Assembly: GCF_963921235.1 (NCBI RefSeq)
Contig: NC_086123.1
Span: 17,298,001-17,362,000, forward strand
Direction: 5' to 3'
Source: Mobula hypostoma
Lineage: Eukaryota
DNA length: 64,000 bases
Both the position numbers and the translations under genes were made by a program. Under the pieces are notes generated by a model, which had not been told where the DNA came from, made no database searches, and worked only from the letters and a program-made list of their open reading frames with translations. Below, piece after piece: positions 25,099-37,520 of this stretch (position 1 is its first letter; each line of letters starts with the position of its first letter).

Positions 25099-26230
25099 AA
25101 TCAGAATCAGAATCAGGTTTATTATCACTGGCATGTGACGTGAAATTTGTTAACTTAGCAGCAGCAGTTCAATGCAATACATAATCTAGCAGAGGAGAAA
25201 AAATAAATAAGATAATAATAATAAATAAACAAGTAAATCAATTAGATATACTGATTAGATTTTTTAAAAAAAAGCAAAAACAGAAATACTGTATATTAAA
25301 AAAAAGTGAGGTAGTGTCCAAAGATTCAATGTCCATTTAGGAATCGGATGGCAGAGGGGAAGAGGCTGTTCCTGAATTGCTAAGTGTGTGCCTTCAGGCT
25401 TCTGTATCTCCTACCTGATGGTAATAGTGAGAAAAGGGCATGCCCTGGGTGCTGGGGGTCCTTAATAATGGACGCTGCCTTTCCGAGACACCGCTTCCTA
25501 AAGATGTCCTGGGTACTCTGTAGGCTAGTACCCAAGATGGAGCTGACTAGATTTACAACCTTCTGCAGCTTCTTTCGGTCCTGTGCAGTAGTCCGTCCAT
25601 ACCAGACAGTGATGCAGCCTGTCAGAATGCTCTCCACGGTACAACTATAGAAGTTTTTGAGTGTATTTGTTGACGTACCAATTCTCTTCAAAATCTTAAT
25701 AAAGTACAGCCGCTGTCTTGCCATCTTTATAACTACATCGATATGTTGGGACCAGGTTAGATCCTCAGAGATCTTGATACCCAGGAACTTAAAATTGCTC
25801 ACTCTCTTCACTTCTGATCCCTCTATGAGGATTGGTATGTGTTCCTTCGTCTTACCCTTCCTGAAGTCCACAATCAGCTCTTTTGTTTTACTAATGTTGA
25901 GTGCCAGGTTGTTGCTGTGGCACCGCTCCACTAGTTGGCATATCTCACTCCTGTACGCCCTCTCGTCACCACCTGAGATTCTACCAACAACGGTTGTATC
26001 TTCAGCAAATTTACAGATTGTATCTGAGCTGTGCCTAGCCACACAGTCATGTGTATATAGAGAGTAGAGCAGTAGGCTAAGCACACACCCCTGGGGTGCG
26101 CCAGTGTTGATCGTCAGTGAGGAGGATATGTTATCACCAATCCATACAGATCGTGGTCTTCCGGTTCGGAAGTCGAGGATTTAACTGCAGAGGGAGGTAC
26201 GGAGGCCCAGATTCTGCAACTTCCCAATCC
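25099..26230 (-). mobile_element. Rex1/Babar LINE 3' half
   Basis: ORF 25380-26084: [47 protein letters not shown]; (CAGAAT)n tail. Confidence 0.95.
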
Positions 26231-26439
26231 TTACCTCTTACCCTATTGTCAATCATGCTGTTATTGATAAACATTACAATTACTGGTAGATTAATTTTAA
26301 TTTTTAGAAAACTTCAAAGCTATTCATTAACCATAAACTTGTACAAAGAACTACATTGGTGTTCTACTTGTTTGATCAATAAATGTTTGTGATAATGGGA
26401 TTATACCTCAACCCTTGTTAGAGAATGGAGTGTGAAGAA

Positions 26440-26620
26440 ATGAAAGGGTTGACTATTTTCTAACCGGAGAGAAAATGCAAAAGGCTGAGGTGCAGAGGGA
26501 CTTGGGAGTCCTTGTGCAGGATTCCCTAAAGGCTAATTTGCAGGTCGAGTCGGTGGTGAGGAAGGCAAATACAACTTTAGCATTCAAGAGGACTAGAATA
26601 TAAAAGCAGTGGTGAGGCCT
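26440..26620 (+). mobile_element. CR1 internal fragment
   Basis: EVQRDLGVLVQDSLKANLQVESVVRKAN. Confidence 0.75.
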
Positions 26621-26644
26621 TACTGTGCTCCTGTCTGAGTGGAG

Positions 26645-27975
26645 ACTTGGATCTGCTCCAATTTGTCTACCAAAGCAACAGGTCTGCAGCAAATGCCATC
26701 TCATTAGCTCTTCACACAACTCAGGAACATCCAGAAAGCAAAGATGTATATATCAGGATGCTCGTTACCAATTACAGCTCAGCATTTAATGCTATCATCC
26801 CCTCAAAACTAATCAGTAAACTCCAAGACCTGGGCCTCAATACCCCTTTGTGCAATTGGATCCAGGATTTCCTCACTTGCAGACCCCAGTCAATTCAGAT
26901 TAGCAACAGCATCTCCTCCACAGTCTTCATCAGCACAGGATCACCACAGGGATGTGTGCTTAGACCCTGCTCTATTCGCTTTACACTTCTGACTGTGTGG
27001 CCAAGTACAGCTCCAACACCATAGGCAAGTTTGCTGATGACACCACTGTGGTGGGCTGTATCAAAGGGGGTGACGAGTCAGCATACAGGAGGGAGATTGA
27101 AAATTTGTCTGAATGGTGTAATAACAACAACCTCTCACCTCAATGTCAATAAGACCAAGGAACTGATTGTAGACTTCAGGAGAGGGAAACAAATTGGTCC
27201 ATGCGCCAGTACTCATCAGAAGACCAGAGGTGGGGAGGGTCAGTAACTTTAAATTCCTGGGTGTCACTATCTCAGAGGACCTGTCCTGGACCATCATGTC
27301 AATAAAATTGCAAAGAAAGCATGACAGTGCCTCTACTTCCTTGGGAGTCTGTGGAGATTCGGCCTGTCATCAAAAACCTTGGCAAACGTCCAGAGGTGTG
27401 TGGTGGAAAGTGTGCTGACTGGCTGCGTTACAGCCTGCTGTGGGAACACCAATGCCTTTGAGCAAAAAATCCTACAAAAGATAATGGATTCTGCCCAGTA
27501 CATCATGGGTAAAACCCTCCCAACCATTGAGCACATCTACATGAAACATTGCCGTAGAAAAGCAGCATCTATCATCAAAGATCCTCACCAGCCAGGCTCA
27601 CTGCTGTCATTATGTAGAAGGTACAGATACCTCAGGACTCGCACCACCAGGTACAAGAACAGTTACTACCCCTCAACCATCAGGCTCTTGAACATAAGGG
27701 GATAACTACACTCACTCTTTTTCTGGTGTTCCCACGACCGATGGTCTCTCTTTAAGGACTCTTTACCTTGTTATTCCATGATCTTTCATTTCATACTCGT
27801 AATTTATTGCTATTTACTTATATTTGCATTTGCAGAGTTTGTTTTTCATTGGTCTTGCGTACAGTTTCTATTCTACAGATCTGATGATTATGCCTGCAGG
27901 ACAAAGAATCTCAGGGTTGTACGTGGTGACATGTATGTACTCCGATAATAAATTTTTCTTTGAACTTCGAACTTT
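26645..27975 (+). mobile_element. Rex1/Babar LINE, frameshifted RT and 3' UTR
   Basis: [64 protein letters not shown]; ATAATAAA...TTTGAACTT tail. Confidence 0.93.
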
Positions 27976-28155
27976 AATCAAGATCCCCGGTCTCGATCCT
28001 GGAGGAAATCTGAGTGCAGGCATAACAGGTGAAGTTCAAATTGGCCTCGCTGTAACACTGCCTCAGTCAACACTTTCCAACTCTTTCATAAGTGAAAAAT
28101 AATGATAATGGTAACCAGTGCTCCTACAACTCAATGATCACTTAACAGTTCTGGA

Positions 28156-28535
28156 ATAGTCATAGTCATATTCATATTTTATTGATCCCGGGGGAAATTG
28201 GTTTTCGTTACAGTTGCACCATAAATAATAAATAGTAATAGAACCATAAATAGTTAAATAGTAATATGTAAATTATGCCAGTAAATTATGAAATAAGTCC
28301 AGGACCAGCCTATCGGCTCAGGGTGTCTGACCCTCCAAGGGAGGAGTTGTAAAGTTTGATGGCCACAGGCAGGAATGACTTCCTATGACACTCTGTGTTG
28401 CATCTCGGTGGAATGAGTCTCTGGCTGAATGTACTCCTGTGCCCAACCAGTACATTATGCAGTGGATGGGAGACATTGACCAAGATGGTATGCAACTTAG
28501 ACAGCATCCTCTTTTCAGACAGCACCGTGAGAGAG
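28156..28535 (-). mobile_element. Rex1 LINE 3' end, (ATGACT)n-tail family
   Basis: SEKRMLSKLHTILVNVSHPLH...SFLPVAIKLYNSS; near-identical to copies at 46999 and 59298. Confidence 0.9.
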
Positions 28536-28779
28536 GGACTGGGGAGAGAAAATAGTTCAGGAAGTCAAAAACAACATTTCTACTGTGGGTCAGTGCCCCA
28601 GGTTAGACAGACACACATGGCCTTTGCTAACACAAAGGACTCTCAGCCTTCTCAGCAATAAACTGTAATCTTGAAGTGTCTTTAATGTAGCAAAACAACT
28701 TAATCTGTTTCTAAAAGGACACCGAGCAGAATAAGAAGGGATGGGCACCTCAGTTAAAGGGATAGAATTCAAAGGTGCA

Positions 28780-28922
28780 GAAGGAAGAGGGGGAAGGAAG
28801 AGGAAGGAAGGAAGGAAGGGGCTGAGAGGAAAATTGGATGAGTAATGATGAAATGGCAGAGCAGACGCGATGGGCCAAATGGCCTAATTCTGCACAGACA
28901 TCTTATGGTCTTACGGTCTTAA
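28780..28922 (+). repeat. (GGAA)n microsatellite followed by a CR1 3' tail
   Basis: AGGAAGGAAGGAAGG; ...GATGGGCCAAATGGCCTAATTCTG...TCTTATGGTCTTACGGTCTT. Confidence 0.65.
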
Positions 28923-29877
28923 AACATAGAGCATTCCTATCAGTAAGCACTTCTGCAGTGAAGTGGGAAAGGAGGAGAATGTGTACTGAGGTTCATTCAG
29001 AAATGGGAGAGAAATAGGACGTGAACACAGGTTTCGTCAGAAATGGGTGAAGAGAAGAAGGTGAACAGAGGTTGTGTCAGAAATGGGAATTGAGAAAGAA
29101 ATGAACAGGGGCTCTATCAGAAGACTGATGGGTACACAAGGCTTAATTGACTTGCATGACTGGGTGGTATGAATCCACGGAGTAAGTACCACAAATGTGA
29201 AGCTCATGGGGGGCTCATGCAAGCCAACGACAGAATCTACAGTTAATTCCACGGTAAACTTCTGGTCACAATTATTGAAGCTTTTATAATTATTACAATT
29301 TGACGAACATAACAGGTTCAAACTTCCTTTTAAAACAGCTCATTAGAACATTTTTAATGGTGTAATATATCCTATTTCTGCAATGCTCACAGTCCTGCGT
29401 GGTCAGGAATACGTGTGAGCAATAAATTTGAATAAATGTACATTAGCAGAGAGTAAAAAATCCCTCAACTGTTGTATGACAGACAACACACTCCGTGATT
29501 GTTTATTAATGCACTGGCAATGTAATTAGGCAGTGTTTTGTCAGTGTCAGCAGCACCACAATGAGTTTGTCACAGACATGCAAAGCTGAAGGAAGTTTTA
29601 TGTTATATGCACTTTAAACCTGCTTATTTTGCTGATCATCCTGCCACCAGTGTTGAGCGTTCAGTTAAGCTGCTGAACTGAAACAGAACAGACAGCAGAG
29701 CGAATTAGGAGCCGTGTGTCACGGCCAGCTCAGGCCCTGTCTCCACTGTTTAAACACCTGATAAAGGACGCTCCCTGCACAGGTAGAAAATATAATAGGT
29801 AGTTTCAATCATCTTTTAGACACCTTGTGGCATTAAGCAGGGAGGAACAAATTAAACTGTTACTGTCATCTCGAGTG

Positions 29878-30072
29878 CCTTGTTGTTGTTCCTTTTTGCG
29901 CCTTGTGGCTCTTCGGGTGGCATTCGTGCCATTTCTTTAGTGTTTTGTCTGTTTTTTTTACACGGTCAAGTCGCCAGCTCGCCGCTTAACCCAGCACGGA
30001 TGGAAAGCGTGCGAGGAGCCGGCCGGATTCGCACGCAGGGCCGCCCTCCTTGAATTCTGCACCACTGGCCGT
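29878..30072 (-). mobile_element. tRNA-derived SINE
   Basis: Minus strand GGCCAGTGG (A-box) and GTGCGAATCC (B-box); (CAA)n tail. Confidence 0.55.
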
Positions 30073-30107
30073 GTCACGTGCCACACCTGCATTTATTTTA
30101 TCACCTT

Positions 30108-31180
30108 TGATCTCCCAGTGGCTATCCATTTCAATTCAACTTCCCATTCCCATTCTGACATGTCTGTCAATGGCCCCCTCTACTGCCACGATGAGGCCAA
30201 ACTCAGCCTAGAGTACAAAGTTCAAAGTAAATTTATTGTCAAAGTACATATACATCACCATATACAAGCCTGAGATTTACTTTCTTGTGGGCATACTCAA
30301 TAAATCCATAATAGATAATAACCATAATAGAATCAATGAAGGACTGCACCAACTTGGGCTTTCAACTAGACTGCAGAAGACAGCAAACTGTGCAAATACA
30401 AAAAGAAAGAAATAATAAGAGGAATAAATAAGCAATAAATATCAAGAACATGAGATGAAGAGTCCTTGAAAGTGAGTCCATTGGGGTGGGAACATTTCAG
30501 TGATGGCGTAAGTTAAGTTGAGTGAAGTTATCTCCTTTTGTTCAACAGCCTGATGGTTAAGGGGTACTAACTGTTCCTGAACCTGCTGGTGTGAGTCCTG
30601 AGGCTCTTGTACGTTCTTTCTGATGACAGCAGTGAGGAACGAGCATGGCCTGGGTGATGGGGGTTCCTGATGATGGGTGATTCTGTCTGAGTATCCTCCA
30701 ACCTAGTGGCATGAAGACCAATTTCTCTTATTTCTGCTAATTTCTCCCCCTCCTTCCCTCTCTCTTTCTCCATTCCCCATTTTGCCTCTCCTCCTACCCC
30801 TTCTCCTCACTTGTCTCTCTCTGGTTCCCCTCCTCCTTCCTTCAATAGTCCACAGTCCTCTCCTACTAGATTCTTCCTTCTTCAGCCCTTTACCTCTTCC
30901 ACCTATCCCCCCCCCCAGCTTCTTACTTCAACCCCCTCCCCCCCTCTCCACCTTCCCCCTCACCTGCTCTCAGCCATCACCTGCCAGCTTGTACTCCTTC
31001 CCCTCCTCTCGGCTTCTTTTCCAGCTTCCGCTCCCTTCCTTTCCAGTGCTGATGAAGGGTCTCAGCCCAAAACGTTGAACGTTCATTCCCGTCCATAGAT
31101 GCTTCCTTACTTGCTGAGGTTCTCCGGCATTTTGTGTGTGTTGCTCAAGACTTCCAGCATCTGCAGGATCTCCTGTGTTG
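30108..31180 (+). mobile_element. Penelope 3' region, split by a Rex1 tail
   Basis: Homologous to 20823-21420 (PVAIHFNSTSHSHSD); degenerate hammerhead at 31044-31081. Confidence 0.85.
30216..30680 (-). mobile_element. Rex1 3' end, (TTTGAAC)n tail
   Basis: IIRNPHHPGHARSSLLSSERTYKSLRTHTSRFRNS. Confidence 0.85.
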
Positions 31181-31184
31181 AATG

Positions 31185-31870
31185 AATTCATTTCATTTCA
31201 TTTTGGTTCAATTTGATATCAGAGAATGTATAAAGTATACAACCTGGAATTCGTACTCTTCACAGACACCTGTGAAACAAGAGACCCTATAGAATGAATG
31301 ATAGAAGATCAAGGCCCCAAAGACCCCCCCTCCACTCAAGGAGCAGCAAAAGCATCCATTTCACCTCCCCCGCCCACTTGCAGCTGTAGAAGCAATGGCC
31401 CCCACCACATAAACAACAGCAAAACCCCAAGGAGACCTTGATTCAGACAGGCTCTCTCTCCAGCGAGGGAGACAGAGGTTGTTTCTGCAACAAGAGTGGA
31501 ATTAGCAGCTTGCTATTCCAGTGTTACAATCTTCCACGTTGCTTCTCCAAGCACCTTCTCAAGAACCGACACTCTCCATCCAAAGGCGGGGGGGGGGGGG
31601 AGGAGAATCGCTTGAGTATAGGGGTCTTCTTCTAACTGCAGCCAGTGATTAGCAGGTACCCCGCCTGCTGTCCATGTTAGGCCGCACAGCCGGCCCGAAA
31701 GCCCACCGCTTGCATCAAGCCGTAGTTTGAACTGTAGACCATTGGCTCTGACAGAACCCCAACCACCTTGAAAAGAAAGACATAAGAGAAGAAGAATAAG
31801 CTGTTTTGTGGACGAACTGGAAGAGGTCACCTGGGTCTGCAAAGACCATTGGCCATCTTTCCGCGCTCCT
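31185..31870 (-). mobile_element. Non-autonomous retroelement related to the 18570/36722 family
   Basis: Shares AGAATGAATGA, AGCAGCAAAAGC and CAGCGAGGGAGAC blocks and the tail with 18570-19355. Confidence 0.55.
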
Positions 31871-32059
31871 CCCCTGGAGTTGAAGGATGGCTGAAAATGC
31901 TTGTTTGCTCTTTAAAATTGGCTTCTTTGATGAGGAATGATGGGATTGATTTCCACTGAATGCTCCAGGTGCTGAAGAGCTTTTGAGGTGGGTGAAATGC
32001 GGGTTCTAAGTTGACACCCGACTTAACCCACATTTAATGGAAAGTTTGGTTTCGTTAGT

Positions 32060-32360
32060 GTGTTCACAAAATGGCTGGGAATGCCGGCAGCCATCGTCCG
32101 TCCCTAATGAGGAAATAGTTTCGAGTCGGTCACAGTGGAGCCACACATGGGCCAGATGGGTCAGGTTTCCTTCCTTCCCTGGAAGATGTTTGTGAACCAA
32201 ATGGGATCTTAACGAGAGTTGAGTCTTTTCATGTTTATTTTACTGTGCTAATGTTTTGCTGAACACCAGATTTACTTAATTATTTGAATCCAATTCCCCA
32301 AGCAAAGAGATTGATCACCATGACTGTTAGACCAGTAACTTAGTCGCTGCATCGTCATAC
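32060..32360 (-). mobile_element. Old chondrichthyan-type SINE, degenerate
   Basis: TTTCCTTCC...GTGAACCAAATGGG...CCAGATTT blocks resemble a common shark/ray SINE; recognised from memory only. Confidence 0.4.
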
Positions 32361-32467
32361 TGGTGAGCACCTCGATCAAGGAGATGTCAACTGAATGCTG
32401 CTTAACATGCCACCTGGTGTCCATTCAGAAGGCTGCTTGTCACGTTGGTGGTTGCTGCTTCAACTGT

Positions 32468-33672
32468 GGCCTGGTGGCCAAACATTTTAATCCTGATTCC
32501 TCCAGGTTGAGTCGGTGGTGAAGAAGGCGAATGTAATGTTGACATTCATTTCTAGAGGAATAGAGTATAGGAGCAGGGATGTGATGTTGAGGCTCTATAA
32601 AGCACTGGTAAGACCTCACTTGGAGTACTGTTTGCAGTTTTGGGCTCCTTATTTAAGAAAGGATGTGCTGACGTTGGAGAGAGTACAGAGAAGATTCACT
32701 AGAATGATTCCGGGAATGAGAGGGTTAACATATGAGGAACGTTTGTCCGCTCTTGGACTGTATTCCTTGGAGTTTAGAAGAATGAGGGGGGATCTCATAG
32801 AAACATTTCAAATGTTGAAACGCATGGACAGAGTGGATGTGGCACAGTTGTTTCCCATGGTGGGTGAGTCTAGTACGAGAGGGCATGACTTAAGGATTGG
32901 AGGGTGCCTATTCAGAACAGAGATGCAAAGAAATTTTTTTAGCCAGAGGGTGGTGAATCTGTGGAATTTGTTGCCACGGGCGGCAGTGGAGGTCGTCATT
33001 GGGTGTATTTAAGGCAGAGATTGATAGGTATCTGAGTAGCCAGGGCATCAAAGGTTATGGTGAGAAGGCAGGGGAGTGGGACTAAATGGGAGAATGGATC
33101 AGCTCATGATAAAATGGCGGAGCAGACTCGATGGGCCGAATGGCCGACTTCTGCTCCTTTGTCTTATGGTCTTATGATTCCCATTCCTGTTCTGACAGGT
33201 CGGTCCTCTTGTGCCATGATGAGGCCACCCTCAGGGGCAACACCTAATATTCCATCTGGGTAGCCTCCAACCCGATGGCATGAATATCAATTTCTCCTTC
33301 CAGTAAAAAAAAGATTTTCCCTCCCCTTCTATTCCCCTCTCTGGCCTCTTACTTCTTCTCACCTGCCTATTACCTTCCCCGGGTCCCCTCCTCCTTCCCT
33401 TTCTTCTATGGTCTACTCTCCTCTCCTGTCAGATTCCTCTCTCTCCAGCTCGCTACCTTTCCTACCCACCTGGCTTCACCTATCACCTTCTAGCTTTCTT
33501 CCTTCACCTCATCCCAGCTTTTTATTCTGGCGTCTTCTCCCTTCCTCTCCAGTCCTGAAGAAGGCCTGACTGTTCACCCATTTCCATGGACGCTGCCTGA
33601 CCTGCTGAGTTCCTCCAGCATTGTTTCTGTGCTGCTTTGGATTTCCAGCATCTGCAGATTCTCTTGTGTTTA
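32468..33672 (+). mobile_element. Penelope 3' region, split by a CR1
   Basis: GTGGCCAAACATTTTAATCCTGATTCC|CATTCC...GATGAGGCCACCCTCAGG is continuous across the insert; terminal repeat at 33540-33670 has the hammerhead partly deleted. Confidence 0.8.
32501..33174 (+). mobile_element. CR1 LINE 3' fragment
   Basis: ORF 32515-33012 (LYKALVRPHLEYCLQFWAPYLRKD); tail CTTATGGTCTTA; TSD TGATTCC at 32494-32500 and 33175-33181. Confidence 0.95.
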
Positions 33673-33999
33673 TGCGTCATCTATTGTCTTCTCCTAAAAG
33701 CTTCAGCTGTTTGGGACGGTGCAGATCTGATGTTAATTTCTAGCGCTGTTGTAGGGGTATTCATCACGTTGCGTCCAGTGGAGCTGTCGGCAGCCCTGCC
33801 GAGACATGGCGGAAGACTTTGACAAGCTCGCGGGCAGCATTTACTCTGCAAGTTCTCTGTTGGCTTCTTGCTGTTCCACTTCATTGGATGCCTGACAGGA
33901 ATCACTAGGAAAGAGTAAGTGCTTGGCTCTAAGAATCTTACCAGAGGGACTTGGTTGGCCTATGGAAGGTGGTTATGACAGGCAGCACACGAAGGCAGG

Positions 34000-34125
34000 G
34001 GATGAAGAAGGGTCTCAGCCCAAAAGGTCGACTCTTTATTCCTTCCCATAGATGCTGCTTGACCTGCTGAACTACTCATGCATTTTGTGTGTGTTACTCT
34101 GAATGTCCAGCATCTGCAGAGTGTT
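34000..34125 (+). mobile_element. Penelope terminal remnant
   Basis: TGAAGAAGGGTCTCAGCCCAAAAGGTCGACT...GATGCTGCTTGACCTGCTGA. Confidence 0.7.
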
Positions 34126-34409
34126 GATGAGGAGAGGTAACCTGCTCCCCTAACCCTCTCCAACACCCTTCCACCACAGGCACATGACATCCCTCTCCTT
34201 CCTGCACATGGGCGCTGTGTGTCAGAACATGTGCCCCGTCTCCCTCTGCCTCTGAGCAGCATGCCAGCCAGAACGCTGCACATTTTCACCGGAAAATGGC
34301 ACCAAGAACCCAGATTTACTGTTCCAGAGAAATTAAGCAGACACGAATTTAGTACTCAGTCTACTGGAGGCTTTTTAGCAACCCCCCCCCTCCCTTGGCA
34401 AGCTCAGAC

Positions 34410-34810
34410 TGATAGAATCATGGTATGGAAACTGGCCCTTTGGCCCATCTAGTCCATGCCAAACCATTTAAAGTGCCTACTCCCTACACCCAGACGTAGC
34501 TCTCCATACCCCTACCATCTATGGACCTATCCAAACTTCTCTTGTACTATATGTTGAAATCGAAATTTCATCCAGCTCTTCTACTGGTAGTTTGTTCCAC
34601 ACTCTCACCACCTTCTGAGTGAAGGAGTTCCCCTCATGTTCCCCTTAAACATTTCACCTTTCACCCTTAACCATGACCTCTAATTCTAGTCTCACCCAAC
34701 CTCAGTGGAAGAAACCTGCTTGCATTTACCCTATCTATATCCCTCATAATTTTGTATACCTCTATCAAATCTCCTCTCAATCTTCTACGTTCCAAGGAAT
34801 TAAGTTCCAG
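34410..34810 (-). mobile_element. CR1 3' end
   Basis: CTCACCACCTTCTGAGTGAAG and ACCTCTATCAAATCTCCTCTC are antisense CR1 C-terminal sequence. Confidence 0.8.
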
Positions 34811-35171
34811 TGTTAATCAGGAAACAAAACAAAATTTCAGGCGTTTAAACAGCCATCTTTGAATCATTTATTCGGTCACTGTTTTGCCAAATTAACACCC
34901 AAACCCCACCTCCCCACCCCTGGAAATAGTTTCTCTATTGCATTTTACAGGTGACAGTCAGGGAATACAATAAGCTGAGTAGAGGCATGTAGTGAATTGA
35001 AAGTGGAGATGCAAGATTCAATTAGAACTGTGCAAAGTGGTGCTCAGTTTGAGTAAAGATGAGTCAAAACACAAAATGTCTTCCTTATAATTAATGCATG
35101 TAAAAGAACAAAGCAATTTGTCTGTCTGTGTTCACCAAGGAGGAGTCTACAGTGGCAGAGTTAAGATAGAC

Positions 35172-35252
35172 CAGGTGTTTACAACCTGGGGTCCACAGAC
35201 CCCTCAGTTAATGGTGGGGGTCCATGGCATAAAAATGGTTGGGAAATACCTG
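35172..35252. mobile_element. 81-bp hAT (Charlie-like) MITE
   Basis: CAGGTGTTTACAACC...GGTTGGGAAATACCTG TIRs; 8-bp flanks AGATAGAC / GAATAGAC; sibling at 46804. Confidence 0.7.
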
Positions 35253-35269
35253 GAATAGACAATCCAAAT

Positions 35270-35580
35270 ATTCTTTTCTCCCCCCAAGGCAGAAATGTCA
35301 AATTGTGGAGGATATGCTTTAAGGTGAGAGGGGAGAAAGTTTAAAGGGAATGTGTGAAGTGAAGCAAGCTTTTTTTTACACAGAGAGTGGGAGGTGCCTG
35401 GAGCGGACTGCGCGGGGATGGTGGTCGAAGCATGTACTATAGAGGTGATTAAGAGTTTTTTAGATGGGCGCAGGAAATGGAGGGACTTGATCCTGTGCAG
35501 GCAGAGGGGAATTAGTTTAGCTTGGCATTGTGTCTGACACAGACATGGTGGTCCGAAAGGCCGTTCTTGTTCTTGTGGTA
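35270..35580 (+). mobile_element. CR1 3' end, degenerate
   Basis: TTTTTTTACACAGAGAGTGG and GGTCCGAAAGGCC tail. Confidence 0.65.
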
Positions 35581-35844
35581 ACATAAGTGACCAAGATGAA
35601 AAATGGAGTTGCTGATCTTTACCTTAGCCGGTGTGGAGTAAAGACGTGAGATAGTTATGGATCAGTTAAAGGTCTTTTGATTGGACCCCAGTTGGAGACC
35701 ATGTACCCACTGCATTGCCCCTAAAGGGACGTGGTACACATCGATCAGAATATCGCTGATGCTTAAACTTGGTTTGAGGGAATTGTGTGATTTAATCAAG
35801 GATAGATGAAGTTCATGGGGTAGAGAATCAGGTATAATTTCCTT

Positions 35845-36360
35845 TGATGAAGACCAAGAGCCCAGCCCAGTCCATCACAGGAAAAGGTCTCCCCACCACT
35901 GAGCACATCTACAAGGACTGTTGCGAAGGAAAGCAGCATCCATCATTAAGGACCCCCATCGTGCATGCCATGCTCTCTTCTCGCTGTTGCCGTCAGGAAA
36001 GAGGTAAAGCAGCCTTAGCTTCCACCCCACTAGGTTCAGGAACTGTTATTAACCTTCGACCATCAGGCTCCCGAATAAGCCTGGATAACTTCACTCACCT
36101 CAAAACTGAACTGATTCCATGACCTTTGGACTCACTTTCAAGGACTCTGCAACTCATTTTTTCAGTGTTATTTATTCAACTAGTTAGTTGGTTAAGATTT
36201 TTTTGTATTTGAACAGTTTTTCTCCTTTTGCGCGTTGGTTGTTTGTCAGTCTGTGTGTAATTTTTCATTGATTGTATTGCATTTCTCTGTTGTATTGCAA
36301 ATGTCTGCAAGAAAATGGATCTCAAAGTAGTATCTAATTAATTTATGTTGAACTTTGAAC
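35845..36360 (+). mobile_element. Rex1 3' end
   Basis: AQSITGKGLPTTEHIYK...; GAACTTTGAAC tail. Confidence 0.8.
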
Positions 36361-36721
36361 AACGCTGCAATCTTAAGATGAAAGCTAACTGAGTTGGGAG
36401 GCACAGTACTGTGCAAAGACATTTGCATTGTACTGTGTATAGGGAAACACACGCCTACAGAAACAATGCTGAACATCCGGAACTCACTTCCACCAATAGG
36501 TTGTGCGTGCTGACCCAACCGAAACTTTTCAATGGACTTTTGTTTGGTTGCAATATTAAGGGTTACAGAGGCAAGTGGGCAGATAGTGTTGAGCTATTGC
36601 TCTCCGGAATCTTTGAACGTTTGAACAACCTAAATGTTCTCATTATCCCCAAATGGGGAGGTTAGCACGGGGATTCTTGAGCACAAAGTCCAGATTGATG
36701 AAGGGAAGGCATAGATGGTGG

Positions 36722-37520
36722 AGCTTAGGAGTGTTAATGCCACCTAACGGCAACTCCTCTGCTTGCATCTTTGGAAACAGCTCTATTTCCATCTTTAATA
36801 TCTCTATTTTTCCCTTTCAGGGTTCTTTCGAAGACCCTGACCTGGAGTTACACGCTGACTGTGGTTCTTTGCGGGAATGGGACCTGCTCTCAGGGTTTCA
36901 CAACTGGTCGTTGTTTGGCACACCAAGGGCTCAGCCCAGCTTCAGAGGGCCAAGATGTCGTGGCTCTGGAGACGGACAGTTTGAAGGTCGGTGTCACGGC
37001 AAGAGATCGGTGTGTCATCAGGGGAGTCGGAAGATCTACGGCTGTGTGCCCAGAGACACAAGATTTTTGGGCACAGAGCTCAGGAAAGATGATGCAACAG
37101 ACTTTTAACATTGTAAACTAGCAAGTTGTTCGTTATGTCTCCCCTCTCGCTGTGAAACGGAGACACCTCTTTCTCCTTTATTAGGGCGAGAGAGAGCCTG
37201 TGATATGTCGTATGCCGGTTGAACAACGTAGTCTTTGGAGAACTGTAAGTCTGTGTCTTTGCTGCACACTTGAATGCTCGGTGGCAGGTGCTGATGCTTT
37301 TTTTTGCCAGTGGAGGGGGGGCGGGGATTGCTGCTTGCTGCCGCTTATGCGTGTGAGGGAAGGGAACTGGGGGGGGGACTTTTGGGTTCTAACATTTAAC
37401 TGTCATTCATTCTTTGGGGGCACTCCTCTGTTCTCGTGGATGATTGCAAAGAAAAAGCATTTCAGGATGTATATTGTATATATTTCTCGGACATTAAATG
37501 TACCTTTGAAACCTTTGAAA
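36722..37520 (+). mobile_element. About 800-bp non-autonomous retroelement
   Basis: Colinear with 18570-19355; ends ATTAAATGTACCTTTGAAACCTTTGAAA. Confidence 0.8.

Noticed and set aside
25380-26084. 234-aa ORF (and similar ones at 16318, 39858, 11628) as a host gene
   Set aside because: These are Rex1 RT C-termini with 5' truncation, LINE tails and multiple copies. Such sequences are often mis-annotated as host proteins.
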